The translations under genes were made by a program, and so were the position numbers. DNA of 63,642 nucleotides, counting the filler, from Chiloscyllium plagiosum (lineage: Eukaryota): the NCBI RefSeq assembly GCF_004010195.1. It is 5 parts of one record of this genome, joined end to end, with 100 filler letters (N's around TTAATTAATTAA, not from the genome) between each part and the next. Parts side by side here need not be neighbours in the genome. Positions count along the whole stretch, not along the records: positions 42,458 to 63,642 come from NC_057710.1; 4 more parts are not named here. One strand, given 5' to 3'. Below the pieces are notes generated by a model. That model searched no databases. It saw only the letters and a program-made list of their open reading frames with translations, and had not been told where the DNA came from. The stretch's first letter is position 1; every line of letters begins with the position of its first letter. Shown piece after piece: positions 51,224 through 63,172 of this stretch.

Positions 51224-54200
51224 TCAGTACTTGGACCCTAGTCATTCTTAATACATATCAATGATTTAGATGAGAGAACTAAATGTAATACCTTCAGGTT
51301 TGCAGATAACAAAAGTTAGATGGGTGGGGGATGCAGAGATCCTTCAGTGTGATTTGGACAAGTTAACTGAGTGGATGTATGCATGGCAGATGAAGTATGT
51401 TTGGATAAATATTAGGTTATCTACCTTGGTAGCAAAAACAGAAAGACAGATTATTATCTGTATAGTGATACTTTGAGAAAGAGAGGGGTGCAATGAAACC
51501 TGGGTGTCCTTGTACACCAATCACTGAAAGTAAGCATGATGGTGCAGCAGCAAGTAAAGAAGGCAACTGGTAGTGGACTTCATAGTGAAAGGATTTGAGT
51601 ACAGGAGCATGCAAGTATTGTTCCAATTTTACAGGGCCTCAGTGTGACCAAAGCTGGAGCATTGCTTGCAGTTTTGGTCCCCTTATCTGAGCAAAAGATG
51701 TCCTGATTATGGAGAGAGTGCAAGAAAGTTTCACCAGACTGATTCCTGGGTTGATGGGTCAAAATATGAAGACAGACTCGATTGGTTAGGATACATTCAC
51801 TACAGCTTAGAAGAATGGGGGTGGGGGGATCCCAGAGAAAAATATTAACTTCAATATGACTAGACAGAATAAACACAAGAAAAATGTTCTCAATGTCTGT
51901 TTCACTAATCCAAACTACCATGGCTCATCATGCAACTCAGTACCTTGTTCCGGCTTTCTTTCCCTCTAAGAACGCAACCAAACTTCTCCTTGAAAATAAT
52001 CAATCAACAGGAAGGGTGTTCCCAAAAGCTGGGGAGTCCAGAGTCAGAGGTCACAGCTGGATAGGCCATTTAAGACTGAGAGGAGAAATTTCTTCATCCA
52101 GAGTGGTCAGTCTGTGGAATCCTCTGCCACAGAAAGTGACTGAAGCCAAAATACAGTATTGATTGTTTTCAAAGAGAAGTTAGGTCAAGTTCTTAGGAGA
52201 GAAAGTGGGAACAGGGTGTGGAATTCTATGATGAACCATGATCACATTGAGTGGCAGACCGGGCTCAAAGAGCTACACGGCCTGCTCTGGCTCCGATGTT
52301 CTAAGTTTCTATAAATATTGCCAATTTCTTTGCTTCTTTGGGTCTCAGGCAACTCTGCCAGCTCCTTGACAATAAAACCTTATGGCTATTACAGGATCTG
52401 ACTGCAACATAACAGAATATGAATTGGAGAAATGGATACCACATGGCACATAGCTGATACTTGTTCTCCACTCCACTTTCTTGCTTGATTCCCTGAGAGA
52501 TATGTCAATGTCAACCTGAAATATTTTAATCGATATAGCATCCAGAATTCACTGAGATGGAGAATTCCAATGATTGAAGTGAAGGAATTTTTCCTTATCC
52601 TAAGTAACCAGCTCCTTATTCTGACACTATGGCCCATATTCTAAAATCCTCTGGCTTTGAGAAAATAACCTCTCAGTGTCTATCCTGTCAAGTTCCTTCA
52701 GAACATTTTTATGCTACAATGAAACCATCCATCATTCATCAAAACATCAGAGAGCATAGACCCAATTCACTCAGCTTATCATCATAGGACAATCCTTGCA
52801 CCTCAGAAACCAATCTGTGCTACCTCCAATGTAAGTACATCCTTACACAATCTGCATACAGTACTCCAGGGTGTGGTCTCATTAAAGCCTAACCCAATTC
52901 CAGGAAGGCTTTCTTATTTGGTACTCCAATCTCTTTGCAGTGAAGACTAATTGTCTGTCTAACTCATTGCTGTGGGACAGAGCTCTGTCTCGGCAGATAC
53001 TCATCTGCTTAGCAAACAAGAATTGATCCATCACTGTTCCTCATTGACAGAGACAGTCCAGAAGACTAAATTCAACTTCTGTTGTCCTATGGCATTTCAG
53101 TTTGTTGAATCTTGTGTATCTTGAATATAACAACTAGTTTTCAGGCTATAAATTATTCACTTACTTCAGTGGTAATTTTAAGAGACCTTTATCTGTGATT
53201 GATTGAGTCTCAATGGCATTGGTGAGGGTATCGTAGACAGCTTTAGTTTATTCATTCTTAGTAGACTAGATGAATACCTGAAATGTGTGGACTGCCTTAT
53301 GAGGGAAGGCTAGTGAGACTAGCCCTGAATCCTCTGGAGATTATAAGAGTCAGCGATAACTTAATTAAAACATAAAATATCCTGGGGGGACGTGATTGGG
53401 TGGGATGTAGAAAGGATGTTTCCACTAGTGGCAAAATTCAGAATACGGTGGGGGGGGAGGGGGGCATAGTTTAAAAATGAGGGACACACATTTAAGTTAA
53501 AAATGAGGAAACATTTTTTTCTCTGGAAGGGTTGTGAGTGTTTGGAATTCCCTTTCTCAAAGGCAATGGATGCAGAATCTTTAAATATTTTAAGGCTGAG
53601 GTAGATAGATTCTTGATAGCCAAGGGGATGAACGATTATCAGGGATATGAAGGAACATAGAGTTGAGATCAAAAACAGATCAGCCGTGACCTTATTGAAT
53701 GATGAACAGGCTCGAAGGGCCAAGTGGACTAGGCTTCTTCCTTGCTTACATGTTCATATCAGAGTAGACACAAGATAGAGTATTTAAACCTCTAATTATT
53801 ATGATCATTTAATAATTCAAATGGTAAATGCTTTCAATTACAATGAGACTAAGAGTAGCATGCTCAGAGCTGAACGAAATGAGTGGCCATAAGTGGCTGT
53901 TGAGAGATTTTTAAAATCACTCACACTCTAAGAAATAATGCTCTGTTTGGTTTCTGCACAGAAGCTGGTCAAAGGCACTTCACATATCAAGGGAAATTAA
54001 AGCGTTCGAAATAAAGTATTTAGTTAAAGCATCTATACTTACTCATCCAAGAAATATCATGAGCAATTCTGGTCTCCCCTCCTCTAGGAAGGATGCTGTC
54101 AAATTTGAAAGGGTTCAGAAAAGATTTACAAGGATGTTGCCAGGGTTGGAGGATTTGAGCTATAGGGAGAGGCTGAATAGGCTGGGGCTTTTTCCCTGGA

Positions 54201-54604
54201 GCGTTGGAGGCTGAGGGATAACATTATAGAGGTTTAGAAAATCATGAGAGGCATGGATAGGGTGAATAGAAAATATATTTTCCCTTGGGGTGGGGGAATC
54301 CAGAACTAGAGGGCATAGGTTTAATGTGAGAGGGGAAAAATTTAAAAGGGACCAAGGGAGCAACATTTTCACGCAGAGGGTGGAGCGTGTATGGAATTAG
54401 CTGCCAGAGGATGTGATACAATTACAACACGTAAAAAGTATCTGGATGAGTATATGAATAGGAAGGGTTTAGAAGGACTTGGGCCACATGCTGGCAAATG
54501 GGACTGGATTAGATTAGGATATCTGGTCAGCATGGATGAGTTGGACAGAAGTGTCTGTTTCTGTGCTGTACACCCCTATGATTCTATGACTCTAAAGAAT
54601 TTTC

Positions 54605-54897
54605 ATGGACAAGGCATTTTTCACAACCCCGAGGACATCCAAACAAAGCATTCTTGAAGTGTATTCTCCACTATAACACAGGAAATGTGGCAGGTCAATT
54701 AAAGCACAACATGCTCACACAAACTGCAATTCAATGACAATCAGATAATCTGCTTCCTTTTCAGTGATGTTGGTTGAGGGATCAGTGTGGTCCAGGACAT
54801 CAAGAGAACAGCCCTTCTCTCTTCTTCACCTGAGGGTGAACATATCCTCAAATTAGCATCTCACCTGAAAGATGGCACCTCAGACATTGCAACATCT
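54605..54897 (-). mobile_element. Old Deu-domain SINE (SacSINE1-like)
   Basis: aatgacaatcagataatctgc…gtgatgttggttgagggat…catctcacctgaaagatggcacctc. Confidence 0.6.
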
Positions 54898-56244
54898 ATG
54901 GCAGGACTGCACCAGAGATGGGCAGATGGGGAGAGGATTGCCTTGTTGGTAAGAAATGAAATTAAATTGATAGCAGGAAGTGATGTAGAGTCAGAAGGCG
55001 TAGAATCTGTGTGGGTTGCATTGAGGAACCATGAAGGAAAAAAGACCCTGATGGGAGTTGTGTACAGGCCTCCGAGTAGTAGTCAGGATATGGGGAAAGA
55101 AATAAGTCAGGAGAAAGAGAAGAATTATAGGGAGAAGGCAGGAGAATGGAGTTGAGAAACATACCTGCCATGATCGATTGGCAGAACAGATTTGATGGGC
55201 CGATTGGCTTAATTCTGCTCCTTTATCTTACAGTTTTGTAGAGTGGCAGACTAAATTTGCGCTGAATTGTCTGGAGATTTTAATTATGATTGGAGATCCC
55301 AAGGTGTGTGATTCTGTACCTGCTCCAACCCTTACCCATTTCTGAGGCTGGGCCTCAATTGGTACATGTGGTGGTGCTCACTAGTGCAAAGGGGGAGTCT
55401 CCAAAAGTGCTCCAGAGGCTATGCTGTCAGGTGTATGGATGCTGCAGCTATGAACATGAAACTCAACTGTACAGTTGTTGGGGTCGGTCATGGGCATTCA
55501 TTGTAGATTGAATGGAAGTAAAATTGGGAAAAGGTCCAATGAATTGTGCAGTTTGCCAAAGGCCAGTTTCACCTGCTCCCCTGTGCATCTTTAGTGAAGG
55601 AAATCTGCTGTCCTCTCCTGGTCTGGCCAACATATGACTCCAGACCGACAGAAAAGTGGTTGACACTTAACTGCCCTCTGGGCTGGCCTCGTAGGTAACA
55701 CAGTTGCATCAAACTGCTAAAAAGTCTGATCTAAGGAATGAAACTGGATTCATTCTAGCATTGATCTGCGCATCGTGAATGACAATGGCACACCAGCCCT
55801 GTTGTACCTACAAGGTTCTCCTCACTAAAACCTGGGGACTTGTGCCAAAATTGTAATAGCTATAGCAAAGACGAGTGAAGCAACAGCAGTCATACATATG
55901 GAATCATACCTTTCAGGTAATGTTACCATCTATCAGAGCAGTACCGAGGAAAGAAGTTGTACAATTAAATCAAATCCTTAGCGGAACATAAAAATTGCTG
56001 AGACACATTTTGAGGAAGAACAAGGGGATTTTCCTGATGCCCAAGCCAATATGCAAGGTATAAATCTTCTAAATCATGATAACTTTGCTGTTTGGGATAG
56101 GGAGGTCCAGCTCTGCACAAGTTGGATGTTGCTTGTCCACATTGAAACAGCAATGACATTTTAAATTGTGTCTTGTTGACTAAAGTGCTCATGGACATCC
56201 CAAGGCCCAAGGTGGTGAAGTATACCATAATTTTTTGTTTAAAG

Positions 56245-59200
56245 CAAGGTAGATGACTGAGGCGTCAGTGGGAGAAGAATTTGAGGCCAGCGACCATAAT
56301 TCTATTAGATTTAAAATAGTGATGGAAAAGGATAGACCAGATCTAAAAGTAGAAGTTCTAAATTGGAGAAAGGCCAATTTTGACGGTATTAGGCAAGAAC
56401 TTTTGAAAGCTGATTGGGGGCAGATGTTCACAGGTAAAGGGACAGCTGGAAAATAGGAAGCCTTCAGAAATGAGATAACAAGAATCCAGAGAAATGATAT
56501 TCCTGTCAGGGTGGAAAGGCTGGTAGGTATCAGGAATGCTGGATGACTAAAGAAATTTAGGGTTTGGTTAAGAAAAAGAAGAAAGCATACGTAAGCTATA
56601 GATAGGATAGATCGAGTGAATCCTTAGAAGAGTATAAAAGAAGTATTTACAAGGATGTTGCCAGGGTTGGAGAATTTGAGCTACAGGGAGAGGCTGAGCA
56701 GGCTGGGGCTGTTTTCCCTGAAGTGTCGGAGGCTGAGGGGTGACCTTATAGAGGTTTACAAATTTATGAGGGGCATGGATAGGATAAATAGACAAAGTCT
56801 TTTCCCTGGGGTCAGGGAGTCCAGAACTAGAGGGCATACATTTAGGGTGAGAGGGGAAAGATATAAAAGAGACCTATGGGGCAACTTTTTCACGCAGAGG
56901 GTAGTACGTGTATGGAATGAGCTGCCAGAGGATGTGGTAGAGGCTGGTACAATTGCAANNNNNNNNNNNNNNNNNNNNNNNNNNNNNNNNNNNNNNNNNN
57001 NNNNNNNNNNNNNNNNNNNNNNNNNNNNNNNNNNNNNNNNNNNNNNNNNNNNNNNNNNNNNNNNNNNNNNNNNNNNNNNNNNNNNNNNNNNNNNNNNNNN
57101 NNNNNNNNNNNNNNNNNNNNNNNNNNNNNNNNNNNNNNNNNNNNNNNNNNNNNNNNNNNNNNNNNNNNNNNNNNNNNNNNNNNNNNNNNNNNNNNNNNNN
57201 NNNNNNNNNNNNNNNNNNNNNNNNNNNNNNNNNNNNNNNNNNNNNNNNNNNNNNNNNNNNNNNNNNNNNNNNNNNNNNNNNNNNNNNNNNNNNNNNNNNN
57301 NNNNNNNNNNNNNNNNNNNNNNNNNNNNNNNNNNNNNNNNNNNNNNNNNNNNNNNNNNNNNNNNNNNNNNNNNNNNNNNNNNNNNNNNNNNNNNNNNNNN
57401 NNNNNNNNNNNNNNNNNNNNNNNNNNNNNNNNNNNNNNNNNNNNNNNNNNNNNNNNNNNNNNNNNNNNNNNNNNNNNNNNNNNNNNNNNNNNNNNNNNNN
57501 NNNNNNNNNNNNNNNNNNNNNNNNNNNNNNNNNNNNNNNNNNNNNNNNNNNNNNNNNNNNNNNNNNNNNNNNNNNNNNNNNNNNNNNNNNNNNNNNNNNN
57601 NNGGAGGTTGGCAAACGTGGTGCCACTGTTTAAGAAGGGTGGTAAAGACAAACCAGGGAACTATAGACCAGTGAGCCTGACGTCGGGGGTGGGCAAGTTG
57701 TTGGAGGGAATCCTGAGGGACAGGATGTACATGTATTTGGAAAGACAAGGACTGATTAGGGATAGTCAACATGGCTTGATGCATGGGAAATCATGTCTCA
57801 CAAACTTGATTGTGTTTTTTTGAAGTAACAAAGAGGATTGATGAGGGCAGAGCAGTAGATGTGGTCTATATGGACGTCAGTAAAGCATTCGACAAGGTTC
57901 CCCATGGGAGACTGATTAGCAGCATTAGGTCTCATGGAATACAGGGAGAACTAGCCATTTGGATACAGAACTGGCTCAAAGGTAGAAGACAGAGTGTGGT
58001 AGTGGAGGGTTGTTTTTCAGACTGGAGGCCTGTGACCAGTGGAGTGCTACAACAATTACTTTTTGTCATTTACATAAATGATTTGGATGTGAGCATAAGA
58101 GGTACAGTTAGTAAGTATGCAGGTGACACCAAAATTGGAGGGGTAGTGGACAATGAAGAGGGTTACCTCAGATTACAACTGGATCTTGATCAGATGGACC
58201 AATGGGCTGAGAAGTGGTAGATGGAGTTTAATTTAGATAAATGTAAGGTGCTGCATTATTGGTCAGAGTATTGAGTACAGGAGTTGGGAGGTCATGTTGC
58301 GGCTGTTCAGGACATTGGTTAGGCCACTGTTGGAATATTGCATGCAATTCTGGTCTCCTTCCTAGCGGAAAGATGTTGTGAAACTTGAAAGGGTTCAGAA
58401 AAGATTTACAAGGATGTTGCCAGGGATGAAGGATTTGAGCTTTAGGGAGAGGCTGAACAGGCTGGGGTTGTTTTCCCTGGAGTGTCGTAGGCTGAGGAGT
58501 GACCTTATGGAGGTTTATAAAATCATGAGGGGCATGGATAGGATAAATAGACAAAGTCTTTTTCCTGGGGTCGGGGAGTNNNNNNNNNNNNNNNNNNNNN
58601 NNNNNNNNNNNNNNNNNNNNNNNNNNNNNNNNNNNNNNNNNNNNNNNNNNNNNNNNNNNNNNNNNNNNNNNNNNNNNNNNNNNNNNNNNNACTTTTTGTC
58701 ATTTACATAAATGATTTGGATGTGAGCATAAGAGGTACAGTTAGTAAGTATGCAGGTGACACCAAAATTGGAGGGGTAGTGGACAATGAAGAGGGTTACC
58801 TCAGATTACAACTGGATCTTGATCAGATGGACCAATGGGCTGAGAAGTGGCAGATTGAGATTAATTCAGATATATGTGAGGTGCTGCATTATTGGTCAGA
58901 GTATTGAGTACAGGAGTTGGGAGGTCATGTTGCGGCTGTTCAGGACATTGGTTAGGCCACTGTTGGAATATTGCATGCAATTCTGGTCTCCTTCCTAGCG
59001 GAAAGATGTTGTGAAACTTGAAAGGGTTCAGAAAAGATTTACAAGGATGTTGCCAGGAATGAAGGATTTGAGCTTTAGGGAGAGGCTGAACAGGCTGGGG
59101 TTGTTTTCCCTGAAGCGTCAGAGGCTGAGGAGTGACCTTATGGAGGTTTATAAAATCATGAGGGGTATGGATAGGATAAATAGACAAAGTCTTTTTCCTG

Positions 59201-59512
59201 GGGTCGGGGAGTCCAGAACTAGAGGGCATAGGTTTAGGGTGAGAAGGGAAAGATATAAAAGAGACTGAAGGGGCAACCTTTTCACACAGAGGGTGGTACG
59301 TGTATGGAATGAGCTGCCAGAGTATGTGATGGAGGCTGATACAATTGCAACATGTAATAGGCATTTGAATGGGTATATGAATAGGAAGGGTTTGGAGGAA
59401 TATGGACCGGGTGCTGGCAGGTGGGACTAGATTGGGTTGGGATATCTAGTCGGCATGGACGGATTGGACCGAAGAGTCTATTTCCATGCTGTACATCTCT
59501 ACGACTCTATGT
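56245..59512 (+). mobile_element. Long young CR1 (HER1-like) ORF2 with a nested CR1 3' piece (from about 56646), two gaps and a duplicated segment
   Basis: SDHNSIRFKI…NWRKANFDGIRQEL; ANVVPLFKKGGKDKPGNYRPVSL; DVSKAFDKVPH; 3' tail ending about 59510. Confidence 0.9.
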
Positions 59513-61082
59513 TTTGTTTTTTTTTTCATGATATCCAACCACTTTTTAATCTGTCTGGAGCATTTCCAACTTATACCAAGTGAGAGTTCAATGTTTTGAG
59601 GATTTACTACCAGCTGAAGTTCTCCCGCTATTCTCCTCAGCTGTCTTGTTCTTCAAAGAGAAGAAAAGCAATGTTGTGGGAGCTGCCTGTTTGCCATGCA
59701 GACAAAGTAATAGCACTCAGCCATTATAATTGGAGTGATGACAGCAAACTGATCCATTGCATCAGCGGCTATGTTTGGGGTGACAGCACATTAAAGAAGT
59801 AACATTCCCATGAAAGGGACATTTCATGATCTCCTGAGTGCTGCCAGCAAAGTTGGGCAACAAAACTCCCTAATAAAACCCCAGAAAAATATACTGGACA
59901 CAAAAGGCACATCATTCAAGGAGATAGACTTCCACAACCCTCTGTGAAAAAAACAGCTCGAACATAGAACATACAACAATACAGCTCATCGGCCCTCAAT
60001 GTTGCACTGATGTGTGAACTATTCTAAGCCCATCCCCCTTCACTATCCCACCGTCATCCACTTGGTCTGCAGTGCTCCAACCCAGGTAACAGTTTTTCTA
60101 GACTTAACCTTCTGAATGCCTATTCCAGGTAACAGTTTAGTAAACTATCTCTGAACTGCTTGCAATGCATCTACATCCTTCCTTAAATAGGATAAGAGCA
60201 CTTAGTTTGAAATGACATAACACTCAAGGTGAAACAGCACCCACCTTCCTTCTTTGAGTAGTACACTGATTAGAGAAGATACTGATGTTTCCACGTTATA
60301 TGGAAATGAATTTAGAAAGAATGCTGAACATAATCGACAAAGTCATTATGGTGCTTTTTAAGGTTATGTAAAGAATTTTATGTCAATTATGTTTTTTTCT
60401 CTCTAATGACATGTTTGTAGTGGCTTGAATTGATAATCACAGCGATATTGCCAGAGATTAGCTGGATACTGGCAACAGAACTCAATTCAAAGGAGCCCAC
60501 ATTAAAGGCTGTGCTGGCACCATGTGGGGAGATGGGTGGTTACCCTGACCAAACTGCCAAAATGCTAACATTTTCTTTTCTGGATGTCACCTTCTGGGAG
60601 TTCTTCGTCGCTCTTGCAATTTCAAATATCTCTTCATTGGCTTATGATCTGTGGAATTTTCAGCATCCATCTTAGCATCCTCATTTCAAAGGTCACTATT
60701 TTCTCTCACACATCTTCATTTACATAGAACATAGAACATTACAGCGCAGTACAGGCCCTTTGGCACTCGATGTTGCGCCGATCTGTCATACCAATCTGAA
60801 GCCCATCTAACCTACACTATTCCATGTACGTCCATATGCTTGTGCAATGACGACTTAAATGTATTTTAAATTGGCGAATCTACTACCATTGCAGGCAAAG
60901 CATTCCATACCCTTACTACTCTCTGAGTAAAGAAACTACCTCTGACATCTGTCCTATATCTATTACACAATACTCCAAGTGCGGCCGCACCAGAGGTTTG
61001 TACAGCTGTAGCATAACCTCATGATTCCGGAACTCGATCCCTCTGTTAATAAAAGCTAAAACACTGTATGCCATCTTAACAA

Positions 61083-61299
61083 GGTAAAAACAATGACTGC
61101 AGATGCTGGAAACCAGATTCTGGATCAGTGGTGCTGGAAGAGCACAGCAATTCAGGCAGCATTCGAGGACAGGCAAAATCGACGTTTCGGGCAAAAGCCC
61201 TTCATCCTGATGAAGGGCTTTTGCCCGAAACGTCGATTCTGCCTGTCCTCGGATGCTGCCTGAATTGCTGTGCTCTTCCAGCACCACTGATCCAGAACC
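61083..61299. mobile_element. 217-bp palindromic PLE-derived insertion with 14-bp TSD, inside a CR1 RT
   Basis: TSD tgccatcttaacaa at 61069-61082 and 61300-61313. Inverted arms of about 89 bp at 61118-61206 and 61209-61297. Confidence 0.9.
61207..61234 (+). ncRNA. Minimal type I hammerhead ribozyme core (PLE family A)
   Basis: CTGATGA A GGGC TTTT GCCC GAAAC GTC: conserved CUGANGA and GAAA boxes, stem II and a GUC triplet. Stems I and III are minimal, as is typical of PLE hammerheads. Confidence 0.65.
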
Positions 61300-62217
61300 T
61301 GCCATCTTAACAACCCTGTCAACCTGGGTGGCAACTTTCAAGGATTTGTGTACCTGGACACCGAGATCTCTCTGCTCATCTACACTACCAAGAGTCTTAC
61401 CATTAGCCCAGTACTTTGCATTCCACTTACTCCGACAAAAGTGAATCACCTCACACTTGTCCGCATTAAACTCCATTTGAAACCTCTCAGCCCAACTCTG
61501 CAGCTTATCTATGTATCTCTGTAACCTACAATATCCTTCGGCACTATCCACAACTCCACCGACCTTAGTGTCATCTGCAAATTTACTAACCCACCCTTCC
61601 ATGCCCTCATCCAGGACGTTTATAAAAATGACGAACAACAGTGGATCCAACACCGACCCTTGCGGTACACCACTGGCAACTGGACTCCAGGATGAACATT
61701 TCCCATCAACCACCACCCTCTGTCTTCTTTCAACAAGCCAATTACTGATCCAAACTGCGATATCTCCCACAATCGCATTCCTCCGCATTTTGTACAATAG
61801 CCTACTGTGGGGAGCCTTGCTGAAATCTCTATACACCACATCAACCGGTTTACTCTCATCTACCTGTTTGGTCACCTTCTCAAATAACTCAATAAGTTTT
61901 GTGAGGCACGACTTACCCTTCACAAAATCGTGCTGACTATCCCTAATCAAATTATTCTTTTCTAGATGATTATAAATCCTATCTCTTATAATCTTTTCCA
62001 ACACTTTATCAACAATTGAAATAAGGCTCTCTGGTCTATAATTACCAGGATTGTCTCTACTCCCCTTCTTGAACAGGGGAACCACATTTGCTATCCCCCA
62101 GTCTTCTGGCACTATTCCTGTAGACAATGACGATTTAAAGATCAATGCCAAAGGCTCGGCAATCTCCTCCCTGGCTTCCCAGGGGATCCTAGGATAAATC
62201 CCATCCAGCCCAGGGGA

Positions 62218-62420
62218 CCTATCACCATTACCCCCACCTTCATGTACCTATCGCATTCCCAGCTATCTCCCACAGCCCCAACCCCCTTCCATTTATCTCT
62301 CAGCCCCCTTGACCCACAAGCCTCATCCCTGATGAAGAATGTATGCCTGAAATGTCGATTTTCCTGCTCCTCGGATGCTGCCTGACCGGCTGTAGGTTTC
62401 CAGCACCACACTCTTCATCT
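62218..62420 (+). mobile_element. PLE family A-like 3' end abutting the 5'-truncated end of a CR1
   Basis: acctatcaccattacccccacc…cctgatgaagaatgtatgcctgaaatgtcgattttcctgctcctcggatgctgcctgac. Similar tails occur at 7905-8002(-), 645-740(+) and 39288-39405(-). Confidence 0.7.
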
Positions 62421-62734
62421 CTGTCACTAATGTCTTAATAGTTTCATTAAGCTTTTCACTCTTTCATGACCCACTCTGTTAAATGTTGACTTAAATTGCT
62501 GCTGTACATACTTGACTTTTCTCTTCTTGCTTTTGAATTGATTGTTTCCTGAATTCTGTCCTCTCTCTCCTGAAAAATTCCATTCATTCAAATGCTATAA
62601 ACGTGTAGGAAAGGTGCAACTTTTGATGATGGGAATCAAAACCTTTATATTCATGGTGTGACTGGTGAAGAAGTGCGACTTGAGGACAAGTGCATTCCTC
62701 CCCTGGTCCTGCTTTCTTCCCATAACCTAAGACT

Positions 62735-63117
62735 GTGTCTGACTCTTTCAAAGTACTGTTGTCTCTCTCTGTGAGGGCTGGGGGCTAGCACCCTTTGTTC
62801 CCTTGGGGTGCAGGTGTGTATTAGTCTGTTCGTTCCTGTCTGGTGGATGCCTGTCCTTTGTGTCAGGATGGTTCTGTATTGATAAATATGGGTGTGTTTC
62901 AGTCAGTCTCTTGATTTGATTAGGAGATGGGTTTCCATATTAATTAGCTCCGGAGTTTCAGTCTATGAGTCATGGTTAGTGAGTCTGGCCTAGTGTGGAT
63001 TTGATCTGTCCTCTGGCTCCCATCTCCCGGTCACGTGGGCGGACCGGCAGCTGCTGAGTTCTGTGGGTTTAAGCTGTGGCTGCCGATATCTTGAAAGTCG
63101 GTTCCTCGCCCGGTACA
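62735..63117 (-). mobile_element. Probable (partial) 3' LTR of the env-bearing element
   Basis: About 55 nt after the env-like stop, the minus strand reads ggccggcggaa|TGTaccggg (degenerate PPT followed by TG), then CpG-containing non-coding sequence. The far boundary is unclear. Confidence 0.45.
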
Positions 63118-63172
63118 TTCCGCCGGCCGTCATGCTGCAGTCATGGGGCCTTTGGATAGTCCCGGGAGAGGG

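Larger units (their letters stand above)
50735..55240. mobile_element. Cluster of CR1 fragments (50735-52310 +; 52465-52970 -; 53275-53760 +; 54063-54595 +; EN fragment 54900-55110 +)
   Basis: RT and 3' UTR motifs; GIALLVRNEI…ESVWVALRN…TLMGVVYRPP (APE endonuclease). Confidence 0.8.
60722..62218 (-). mobile_element. CR1 ORF2 RT with a 411-codon open stretch (60916-62151) that includes an in-frame PLE insert; internally deleted near 60963
   Basis: VPEDW.IANVVPLFKKG…NYRP…[12 protein letters not shown]…SKFADDTK…; the 3' tail appears as catagaacatagaac on the plus strand. Confidence 0.92.

Noticed and set aside
56655..57784. Long ORFs of 226-342 aa
   Set aside because: Artefacts of translating through the 644-N gap.
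60916..62151. 411-aa ORF as a host gene or novel RT fusion
   Set aside because: CR1 ORF2 fragment lacking the endonuclease, with a damaged KAFD region and a 3' deletion. The extra segment is a TSD-flanked PLE insert.
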